Below the pieces are notes generated by a model. That model did not search any database and was not told the DNA's origin. It was given only the letters and a program-made list of their open reading frames with translations. The position numbers were made by a program, and so were the translations under genes. Positions 10,262 to 18,211 of a stretch of DNA of 64,000 nt are shown here, one piece after another; within the stretch, counting starts at the first letter, position 1; every line of letters begins with the position of its first letter. Origin of the DNA: Candidatus Kapaibacterium sp. (GTDB lineage Bacteria > Bacteroidota > Ignavibacteria > Kapaibacteriales > UBA2268); the NCBI GenBank assembly GCA_963665665.1, contig OY762428.1, positions 3,136,001-3,200,000 on the forward strand, given 5' to 3'.

Positions 10262-10682
10262 TTGGCCCTCCGAAAATAGTAGTTTCAATAAAAGATAAAA
10301 ATCAAGTAATCAATGTTCGTGTTCCCGGGGCTGCCATCACAATTTTAACAAATAATCATTTCGCCTGTAAAATAATACTGAAAAAAATAATATTATAAAA
10401 GACTTATTTTTTTGAATATTAGTGAATATGATAGGATTATCTATCAATTTTTTGGTTTCCACCTTTAAAATCATTGATGTATAAAAACTTAATAATATTA
10501 GGCAATCCAAAGAAAAAAATTACTATGTAACCATAATGTTGTAGAAATTTAAAATCAAAGCCGGGATTAATTTTAATGAATTAAATTTGCTGACATGAGC
10601 CCAAAAACAGAATTGTTTTGATACAAACAATTAAAATGCTAAATTCCGTTCGGAACATAATAACAACCTGCGATATTGAAAA

Positions 10683-11609
10683 ATGACTGAAACAAAATTA
10701 TTTAAAGAAATTGCTGCGCTGGAAACAGAGCAGAGAAATCCAGTATCATCGAATATTGATAAAGCTTCTACAAGAGAAATTCTTGAAATAATTAATTCCC
10801 AGGATATGCTGGTGTCAAGAGCTGTTAGTGCCGAAATTGAGAATATTGGCAAAGCCGTGGACGGAATTGTTGATGCTTTCAGGGCAGGAGGGCGACTGTT
10901 CTATTTTGGCGCGGGTACCAGCGGAAGGCTCGGGGTGGTTGATGCATCCGAATGCCCGCCAACATTCGGAACTGACCCCGAAATGGTACAGGGAATTATC
11001 GCAGGCGGCAGAGAGGCTATGTTCGTTGCACAGGAGGGGGCAGAGGATTCCGAAGAAAACGGCGGAAATGAACTTGAGGAACGTGGAATTGACAAACCGG
11101 ACGTTGTTTGCGGAATTGCCGCTTCCGGCAGGACGCCCTTTGTGAAAGGAGCCGTGAACGGCGCCAAGGAAAAGGGAATTTTCACAATAATGATATCCAC
11201 GGTGCCAAGGCACAAAGTAATTTCCCTCGGGATAAATGCCGATGTTTATATATGTCCGGATGTAGGCCCGGAAGTTATCACAGGCTCAACAAGAATGAAA
11301 TCCGGAACAGCGCAGAAAATGGTACTCAATATGCTTACAACAGCGGCAATGGTTCGAATGGGGAAAACTCACGGAAATATTATGGTTGACCTTCAGCTGA
11401 CAAATGCCAAGCTTGTGGAAAGAGCGAAGAAGACAATAATGACGATTTGCAATGTTGATTACGCTACTGCCGGGGATCTGCTTGAGAAATCCCAAGGGCA
11501 TGTAAAATCAGCCCTTGTAATGTCTCTTGGGGGAGTTGACTATAACAAAGCAAAGGAGTTGCTGATAAAAGCCAAAGGATTTGTCCGGGTGGCTATTGAT
11601 ATGGCCTGA
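10683..11609 (+). CDS. murQ: N-acetylmuramic acid 6-phosphate etherase
   Basis: Motifs TEQRNP, GAGTSGRLGVVDASECPPTFG, EGAED, GIAASGRTP and GPEVITGSTRMKSGTAQKMVLNMLTT. Confidence 0.96.
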   Translation: MTETKLFKEIAALETEQRNPVSSNIDKASTREILEIINSQDMLVSRAVSAEIENIGKAVDGIVDAFRAGGRLFYFGAGTSGRLGVVDASECPPTFGTDPEMVQGIIAGGREAMFVAQEGAEDSEENGGNELEERGIDKPDVVCGIAASGRTPFVKGAVNGAKEKGIFTIMISTVPRHKVISLGINADVYICPDVGPEVITGSTRMKSGTAQKMVLNMLTTAAMVRMGKTHGNIMVDLQLTNAKLVERAKKTIMTICNVDYATAGDLLEKSQGHVKSALVMSLGGVDYNKAKELLIKAKGFVRVAIDMA

Positions 11610-11665
11610 TAGGCAATCAATATTCAGGCCCAGTTATAAAATTTTGCAAAAAGCAATAACAGGTA

Positions 11666-12337
11666 TTACCTGCCTTCAACTACCAAAATTTCCACTCTCC
11701 TGTTTTTTCTTCTGCCTTGTTCCGTATCATTTCTGGCAAGAGGGTTTGTTGCCCCACGGCCTGTAGAAAGGATAAGTCGCCTGCTTAACCCTTTACTTAA
11801 CAGATAATTTACAACATTTTCAGCTCTGCTTTGGGATAATCTGAAATTTTTAGAAGTTGATAATGTATTATCAGAATATCCGACGATTCTAATTTCATAT
11901 CCCTCGTTGGCTTTACAGAATTCAATAATTTTATCTAAGTATTCGATCAGTGCCGGGTACATATCAGTATCTTCAGTCTTTTGATATGGAAATTTCTCGG
12001 TTTTTTCGATAATAAGTGTGTCGGGTGTTTTGATCTCAGTTTCTACTAATGGATATTCTGTAATTTCTCCGTCAATCATTTCTTTGCTGGGGGATGAACT
12101 TAATACCATCGCCACAGGTTCTGACTTATGAATATGAGGCATTCTACTGTCTTCACCTGTTTCAGGCGGCTCCAACAGTTTTATTGAAGTATCTGCTTCT
12201 TTCTTTTCATTATCGGCGGTTTCAGGCGGCTCCAACAATTTTATTGAAGCATCTGCTTCTTTCTTTTCATTATCGGCAGTTTTGCATGATGAAAGAACTA
12301 AGATAGAAAGTATGATTAACGTCAATATTTGTCTCAT
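11666..12337 (-). CDS. OmpA-C (peptidoglycan-binding) domain lipoprotein
   Basis: Lipobox LSSC; GYSDN, NFRLSQSRAENV, GRGATNP and GRRKNRRVEI. Confidence 0.88.
   Translation of the reverse strand: MRQILTLIILSILVLSSCKTADNEKKEADASIKLLEPPETADNEKKEADTSIKLLEPPETGEDSRMPHIHKSEPVAMVLSSSPSKEMIDGEITEYPLVETEIKTPDTLIIEKTEKFPYQKTEDTDMYPALIEYLDKIIEFCKANEGYEIRIVGYSDNTLSTSKNFRLSQSRAENVVNYLLSKGLSRRLILSTGRGATNPLARNDTEQGRRKNRRVEILVVEGR
12159..12282. repeat. In-frame 60-bp tandem duplication inside the OmpA lipoprotein gene
   Basis: Two near-identical 60-bp units encode TADNEKKEAD(A/T)SIKLLEPPE twice. Confidence 0.9.
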
Positions 12338-12404
12338 TATAATATTCTCTGATTAATTGATAGTAAAAAGCCACTTTATAATTAATGTCATTATCAGAAA
12401 CACC

Positions 12405-12917
12405 TTAATTTTTCATCACTAAAATTTCCACTCTTCGGTTTTTTCTTCTGCCTTCTTCGTTGTTATTTTTTGCTATAGGCTGAATTGGCCCCCTTCCTGT
12501 AGATAATATGTGCTTTTTGCTTATTCCTTTGCTTATTAGATAATCCGTTACTTTTTTTGCTCTTATCTTCGATATTTCATAATTTTTTTCCATTGATAAC
12601 GAGTTGTCGGAATGTCCGATTATCCTGATTGTATATCCGTGGTTTGTTTGCAGGAAGCCGGCTACTTTATCTAAATATTCGATCAGAGAGTCATAAAGGT
12701 TACTGTCCTCAGGTTTATCATAATAGAAAATTTCAATTTTTCCGATAACAATTGGAAGTGGCATTGTGATTTCAGCAGACTTTTGTGAAACGGGTTTTTC
12801 GCTGATATTATCCAGTTTTTTTACTTCGCTGCCGGAATGGCTGCTATCTGATTCTGTAGTCTTGCATGATGTAAGTATCAAAACCGTAAGTAATATTAAG
12901 GTGGAAATATATTTCAT
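12405..12917 (-). CDS. OmpA-C domain lipoprotein (tandem paralog)
   Basis: Lipobox LTSC; GHSDN, SKIRAKKV and GRRKNRRVEI. Shares LIEYLDK and ILSTGRG with the neighbouring gene. Confidence 0.88.
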   Translation of the reverse strand: MKYISTLILLTVLILTSCKTTESDSSHSGSEVKKLDNISEKPVSQKSAEITMPLPIVIGKIEIFYYDKPEDSNLYDSLIEYLDKVAGFLQTNHGYTIRIIGHSDNSLSMEKNYEISKIRAKKVTDYLISKGISKKHILSTGRGPIQPIAKNNNEEGRRKNRRVEILVMKN

Positions 12918-13005
12918 GTTCTTATCCCGGTAAATTCAATATCATGATTTTTAGTAATATAAATATCATTAAAATAATATACAAACAAAGATTTGCAATT
13001 TTTTA

Positions 13006-14013
13006 TCAACTCCATTTTGATTCAAACCACAAATAGGCCTTAGGATTGGTCATTTCAGGTGTAAAAGTAAATTTAAAATGGTGAAATCCCATAAATGTTT
13101 CTATCAATCTGATTTTTTGGTTTCCGCTAACAAGGTTTATTTCATTGTCGTGGTAAACAGGTTCCGGAATCATGGGAATAATCCCTGCAATATTATCAAT
13201 TAGAAGGTTGCTGCTGATCATTTTATCGATTAGAATCTCGGTTTTTCTTTTCTGGATAAAATCAAAACTGTTATTGATAAAACATTCCACCCCGATTCTG
13301 TCCGATAGATTTCCGCCAACAATGCTAAGCTGCAATGAAAATACATCGAAAAATTTATTATATAAAGAAACAAATTGTAACAGATTATCTATTCCGGTTT
13401 CGGAATATCCTGACAGGGTTAGAAAACTTTTAATATTCCCGGGATTAACCGAAGATATTAAAAGCCTGACTGCGTTGTTTTTACGGCCAAGCATTATGCC
13501 AATGCAATTCAGATTAGATTCCGGGGGCATAGCTGATACTATCGTTGATATTTGCTGAATGGTATTGGGATTGATTTCAGAACTTTCTTTTCCCATGGCT
13601 TTGCTTATGGCAGTGAAATAGTCCTTTGTTATATTGAAATTTTCCTGGTTTATACCCCAGAAATATGAAGGGTAAGGCACAAAATCATTCTTTCCGGTAT
13701 CGTATTCATACCAGGTGAAATCAATATGATCCTTAAGTTCACTTGAAAAAAGTAAATTTGCTTTCAGATCAGTGTGTTTTGCGATATTATCTGAATGAAG
13801 AAGATTAACGGAGTTCCTGCCCAGCTTTGATAAAGATAATAGAAGGTCAGCCCCCGGAGTGCTAATATTGCATGGGAATTCAAAACCCGATAAAAAATAT
13901 GCTAATTCGGCAGGTAAGCGGGAAGATAAATCAAATATTGCTTTTCTGCTTTTTGAAGAAATTGTATTGCAAATCCGCCGGAGAGGCGCTTCTATGTAGT
14001 CCGAAAGAACCAT
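13006..14013 (-). CDS. Uncharacterised cytoplasmic enzyme, putative ABBA-fold aromatic/peptide prenyltransferase-like protein
   Basis: No signal peptide or TM helix. The ordered motifs GFE..., ADLLL, WYEYD, PSYFWG, IGIMLGR..AVRL, RIGVECF, HHFK and KAYL resemble a W-x-E-x-D / KAY family that I recall as prenyltransferase-like. The CDS is clear; the function is inferred. Confidence 0.5.
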   Translation of the reverse strand: MVLSDYIEAPLRRICNTISSKSRKAIFDLSSRLPAELAYFLSGFEFPCNISTPGADLLLSLSKLGRNSVNLLHSDNIAKHTDLKANLLFSSELKDHIDFTWYEYDTGKNDFVPYPSYFWGINQENFNITKDYFTAISKAMGKESSEINPNTIQQISTIVSAMPPESNLNCIGIMLGRKNNAVRLLISSVNPGNIKSFLTLSGYSETGIDNLLQFVSLYNKFFDVFSLQLSIVGGNLSDRIGVECFINNSFDFIQKRKTEILIDKMISSNLLIDNIAGIIPMIPEPVYHDNEINLVSGNQKIRLIETFMGFHHFKFTFTPEMTNPKAYLWFESKWS

Positions 14014-14167
14014 AATTATTCATTTCCAAAATTTTTTTTAGCTTAAATTAAAAATTTTCGTGATTTTTTTTACATTTTTCTTTATATTATTAAAAGTTAA
14101 ACTGAATATAAAATCCGAAAGACTATACTTTTGAAATTCCATTTACTAACAATCACGAGAGGATACA

Positions 14168-14629
14168 ATGGCAAAAATTGAATTCAAAGACCTCGAACAG
14201 AATGCAGAACTTGATGCCGATGCAATGAAAAAAGTTGTAGGCGCAGGCCTTTACGACAAATCAACCGGTGTATATGGAAATACCGGACATAAGCATGGCG
14301 GTGATGCTACAAATCAGGGCGATCAGGCCGGCGGAGCCGGTGGAGCCGGTGGAAGTTCGCGGGGTTCAACCTGGGGCTGGAACCAGGGCGGCGGCGGCGG
14401 AAGCGCATCGCAATCTGCCGGTGGCGGCGGCGGTGGCTGGCTTAGTGCCGGCGGCGGCGGTTCCATTACTAATTCCAATGCTACAGGCGGAGCCGGTGGT
14501 GGTGTAACTGATATTGGCGCTGTAGGCGGTGCCGGCGGTGCCGGTGGCGCTGCTGTAGGAGCTATGGGCGGTGCTGTATCAGACCAGATTACTAATTCTG
14601 TCAGCATCCCGGTAACTATGAATATCTAA
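14168..14629 (+). CDS. Gly-rich precursor protein 1 with a double-glycine-type leader
   Basis: GAGAGGA RBS; leader MAKIEFKDLEQNAELDADAMKKVVGA (26 aa); GGA-repeat core; C-terminus IPVTMNI; followed by a terminator. Confidence 0.8.
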   Translation: MAKIEFKDLEQNAELDADAMKKVVGAGLYDKSTGVYGNTGHKHGGDATNQGDQAGGAGGAGGSSRGSTWGWNQGGGGGSASQSAGGGGGGWLSAGGGGSITNSNATGGAGGGVTDIGAVGGAGGAGGAAVGAMGGAVSDQITNSVSIPVTMNI

Positions 14630-14653
14630 GTTCATTTAAAGATGATTTTTTAT

Positions 14654-14687
14654 ACCCGGGATATTAGTATTCCGGGTTTATTTTTTT
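14654..14687 (+). terminator. Rho-independent terminator after precursor 1
   Basis: ACCCGGGATA-TTAG-TATTCCGGGT followed by TTATTTTTTT. Confidence 0.7.
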
Positions 14688-14700
14688 AACTGGAAAAAAA

Positions 14701-15189
14701 ATGGTAAGAATTATAGCAATCATTGTATTACTGGCAATTACAGTTCTTGCTTGTGATGATGACAGTACATCGGCGAAGCCAACAGGGCAGGATACTTTAA
14801 TAGCAACAATCAGCGGTTCAAAAGTTCTTGAATTTTCAGCACAGGGAGTGAACGTGAATATTTACCCTCAGGATGGTTTTGATCTTGCGCTATATTCCGG
14901 AACCATGATTGAAAATACAAGCCATATTTATTCTGTTTATTTTGCTCTTATCGACAGTAGTGATACTTACACTTTCGATTTGGCCGGCAGCGAAGGTTTT
15001 ACCCGTTTTGAATATGATATAGGTATGGCCGGGGCAATTGTTTATGGCGACAGCATAAGTGGAAAAGTGGTTGTTTCTGAAGTTACAAAAGATTATATTA
15101 AAGGCAGTTTTGATTTCGAGGCGGTTAATAATAACGGTTCCGGAAAAGTAAGCATAACAAACGGCTATTTTGTTCGTTATAAAAATTAA
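14701..15189 (+). CDS. Beta-rich lipoprotein (DUF6252-like)
   Basis: Lipobox VLAC-DDD; C-terminal SGKVVVSEV..IKGSFDFEA...VSITNGYF. Confidence 0.7.
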   Translation: MVRIIAIIVLLAITVLACDDDSTSAKPTGQDTLIATISGSKVLEFSAQGVNVNIYPQDGFDLALYSGTMIENTSHIYSVYFALIDSSDTYTFDLAGSEGFTRFEYDIGMAGAIVYGDSISGKVVVSEVTKDYIKGSFDFEAVNNNGSGKVSITNGYFVRYKN

Positions 15190-15219
15190 ATACATTGAAA
15201 AACCTGAAGCGGAGTATAT

Positions 15220-15639
15220 ATGGCTAAGATTTCTCTTCACGACCTTGACCACAAGAAAGAAATAAGCAGCGAGGAAGCCGACAGTATTATCGGAGGAAGC
15301 AATAACTATGGCATGGCTGCCAATACAGGAAGCAAAACCGGCGGGAATGCAACTAATAACGGCGATATTGCCGGAGGCGCAGGAGGGGGCGGAGGAAGCG
15401 CCACAGGTAATACTTATGGCAACAACACGGCCGGATTTGGCGGATCGGCTAACCAATGGACTCCGTTTGGTTCAATTGCCGGATCGAATGTAACCGGCGG
15501 TGCTGGCGGTTCTGTAACAAACATTGGTGCCAAAGCCGGAGACGGTGGTGCGGGCGGAAATGCCGTGGGTGCTGAAGGCGGGGCTGTAACTGACAATATT
15601 ATCACTGAGATAAATATTCCGGTAACGATGAATATTTAA
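15220..15639 (+). CDS. Gly-rich precursor protein 2 with a double-glycine leader
   Basis: GGAG RBS; leader MAKISLHDLDHKKEISSEEADSIIGG (26 aa); core collinear with precursor 1; identical C-terminal IPVTMNI. Confidence 0.8.
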   Translation: MAKISLHDLDHKKEISSEEADSIIGGSNNYGMAANTGSKTGGNATNNGDIAGGAGGGGGSATGNTYGNNTAGFGGSANQWTPFGSIAGSNVTGGAGGSVTNIGAKAGDGGAGGNAVGAEGGAVTDNIITEINIPVTMNI

Positions 15640-15834
15640 AATATTATAACTTAGACGTGATTGTTTTTAAGTATTTCAAATTTCCTGTCGATTAATTCAT
15701 AAAATGGGCATTTGCAAGGAGTGTCCTGCTATGGATAATAATTATATTCCAATGAAACATTAGCCTGATAGTATCGTATAATAACCACCCGTCCGTTTTT
15801 AGTTATTTGTTTGGTTTAATTTGTCAGGTTATTT

Positions 15835-18075
15835 ATGAATAAACGCTACTTAATTATCGCGGGTATTTCTATTTCGCTGATAGCAATGGAAATTTCCTGG
15901 ACTCGTATTTTTTCTGCCGAATTCTTCTATACCTTTGCTTTTTTGATATTATCTACGGCTGTTCTCGGCATAGGGCTCGGAGGGCTTGCTCTTCGATATG
16001 TTAAAGCATTCAACCGTGACGTAGTGGCAAATCTGTCTATGTCATTGTCAGGTTTGTTTATTTTGCTGGGGCCTGTTCTTGTATTTCAGATAAATCCGGA
16101 ATTCACAAAGATATTTGCCGGATTAACTGATTTTCTGAAGGTATTCAGTTCCGGAATAATTCTCGGGCTTCCCTATTTCTTTGGGGGTATGGCACTCAGT
16201 TATTTATTTAAGAAAAATTACAGTGATATGCCCAGGATGTACATGTGGGATATGGCCGGTGCGGCATTTGGAGTAATAATTGCTATTGCTGCAATGAATA
16301 TTTGCGGCACTCCGAGGGCTGTAACATATACTGCTATGCCCATTTTATTTGCCGGGCTTATTGCATCCGGGAATTGGCAAAAGATTATTCCTGCAATATT
16401 AATTATTGCAACTGCAATTGGCGGATTCTTTTCTGAAGATATGCTTCAAAAACAAAACAGGCAGGAAAGAGCAAAGGTTATTTATACTCATTGGGATGCA
16501 ATGGCGAAAGTAAAAATGTACGATTTCGAAGGCCAATACAGGGGGCTGAATATTGATAATGTTGCCAATTCACCGGTTTTTCCGTTTGACGGGGAAATTG
16601 ACAGGCCGGATTCTTTGAAGTATCATTTCAATATTAATGTCGGAAATTTGATTCGTATGTTCGATTCTTGTAGATTTCTTTCGCTTGGCGCCGGTGGCGG
16701 CGGTGATGTCCTAATGGCATTGCAGGAAGGCGCTGCCGAGATTCACGCCGTAGAGGTGGTTCCGCATATTAATGATATGATGACAGAAGGGATGCTATCA
16801 GAATATACCGGCAATATGTATAATTTACCACAGGTGAAAGTTGTAACAGAAGATGCCCGGGCTTACAGCCGAATGTTCGAAAATAAATTTGATATAATAT
16901 ATTCTTTAAGTTCCAATTCCTGGGCTGCACTTGCCTCAGGGGCATTTGCCCTTGCCGAGAATTACCTGTTCACCGAGGAGGCTTTCCGGGATTACTGGAA
17001 TGCTTTAAGCGATAAAGGGTTTATGAGCATGGAACATCAGTTCTATATGCCGAGAATTGCAACAATGGTGGAACAGGCGCTTTGGAAAGAAGGGGTTGAC
17101 GATCCTGACAAACACTTTGCTATATATCATCTTCCGCACATGAGAAGAATGCTTCTTCTGCTTTCAAAAAGAGAATTGACTCCTGAGCTTTTGGCTGCTG
17201 CTTACGGTAGTTCTGTACCAAACAGGAGGGACTATAAGTATTTACTTTATCCGGCAGCTGATTCACTGAAAGGCAACCTGATAAACAGGATAGTTACCGA
17301 AGGCTGGGAAAATGTACAGGATTCTGCACATGCAGATATTTCTCCATGTTCCGATGACAGGCCATTCATAGCTCAGCTCGGTTTGTGGAAAAATTTCAAA
17401 TCTGACAATATGGAACAACTGCCGCAATACGAATTTATGGGTTATCCGTTGTCCAAGCTGATCATTTTAATGATATTGGCATTAGCGCTGATAATTATAC
17501 TACCGTTAAATTTAATACCTTTTGCGTTTAAATCTTCAAGGCTCGGGATTCGGCCATGGATGTATTTTTTTATGATAGGTATGGGATTTATGATAATAGA
17601 GGTGATATTAATTCAGCAGTACTCCCTGTTTATCGGGCCATCTGTATGGAGCATTATTACCGTGCTTTTCACCATGCTGATTGCTTCCGGTATCGGCAGC
17701 CGCTATTCGGAAATGTTTGCTGATAAAATTGTGTTCATGGCAATAATTGCCTGGGTAGCGCTCAATATTCTTGTTTTTACAAACCTGTTCGGAGTTTTTG
17801 GCGGGCTTCCTTTAGTACCGCGTATGCTGATTTCAGCAATAATGATAGCCCCGGGTGGTTTTTTCATGGGTATGCCTTTTCCAAAAGCTGCACAGAAAGT
17901 CGGTGAAAATGTGGACTGGGGCTTTGCCGTGAATGGTATGGCCTCGGTTCTTGGTTCTACCGGGATACTTCTGGTAGCATTCGAGTTCGGATTTGATATA
18001 TCACTTGTTGTGGGCGCCTTGTGCTATTTAATTGCTATGTTTTTATCGGGTTTTAATAAACCTGTACAGGCATAA
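15835..18075 (+). CDS. Membrane-embedded spermidine-synthase-like class I SAM-dependent transferase
   Basis: N- and C-terminal TM bundles (EISWTRIFS, GMPFP, WGFAVNG) flank a soluble domain with LSLGAGGGGDV, HAVEV, EDAR, FDII and ENYLFTEEAF. Confidence 0.8.
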   Translation: MNKRYLIIAGISISLIAMEISWTRIFSAEFFYTFAFLILSTAVLGIGLGGLALRYVKAFNRDVVANLSMSLSGLFILLGPVLVFQINPEFTKIFAGLTDFLKVFSSGIILGLPYFFGGMALSYLFKKNYSDMPRMYMWDMAGAAFGVIIAIAAMNICGTPRAVTYTAMPILFAGLIASGNWQKIIPAILIIATAIGGFFSEDMLQKQNRQERAKVIYTHWDAMAKVKMYDFEGQYRGLNIDNVANSPVFPFDGEIDRPDSLKYHFNINVGNLIRMFDSCRFLSLGAGGGGDVLMALQEGAAEIHAVEVVPHINDMMTEGMLSEYTGNMYNLPQVKVVTEDARAYSRMFENKFDIIYSLSSNSWAALASGAFALAENYLFTEEAFRDYWNALSDKGFMSMEHQFYMPRIATMVEQALWKEGVDDPDKHFAIYHLPHMRRMLLLLSKRELTPELLAAAYGSSVPNRRDYKYLLYPAADSLKGNLINRIVTEGWENVQDSAHADISPCSDDRPFIAQLGLWKNFKSDNMEQLPQYEFMGYPLSKLIILMILALALIIILPLNLIPFAFKSSRLGIRPWMYFFMIGMGFMIIEVILIQQYSLFIGPSVWSIITVLFTMLIASGIGSRYSEMFADKIVFMAIIAWVALNILVFTNLFGVFGGLPLVPRMLISAIMIAPGGFFMGMPFPKAAQKVGENVDWGFAVNGMASVLGSTGILLVAFEFGFDISLVVGALCYLIAMFLSGFNKPVQA

Positions 18076-18094
18076 TGAAATATTAGGGTAAATC

Positions 18095-18132
18095 AAAAAA
18101 GCCTTCCGGACATTTTGGACGGGAGGCTTTTT
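18095..18132. terminator. Bidirectional terminator
   Basis: AAAAAAGCCTTCCG...CGGGAGGCTTTTT between convergent genes. Confidence 0.75.
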
Positions 18133-18211
18133 GTTTGCCAGCTGAAAAAATTATGATGGAATTAATGGCTTATGAATTTATGGATATTGTGAATCTGCCG
18201 ATAAGCAAGTA

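Noticed and set aside
14323-15605. Pro-rich minus-strand ORFs (14323-14607, 14890-15456, 15414-15605)
   Set aside because: Antisense shadows of GGN Gly codons. The plus-strand ORFs have the RBSs, leaders and paralogous conservation.
14168-15639. Collagen-like, PE-PGRS or curlin assignment for the Gly-rich proteins
   Set aside because: No continuous Gly-X-Y with Pro, no PE domain, no Sec signal or curlin Q-x-G-x-x-N repeat register. They carry double-glycine-type leaders instead.
15835-18075. Bona fide spermidine synthase (speE)
   Set aside because: The D-x-x-D-P catalytic motif is missing and the protein has large TM bundles, so the symbol was withheld.
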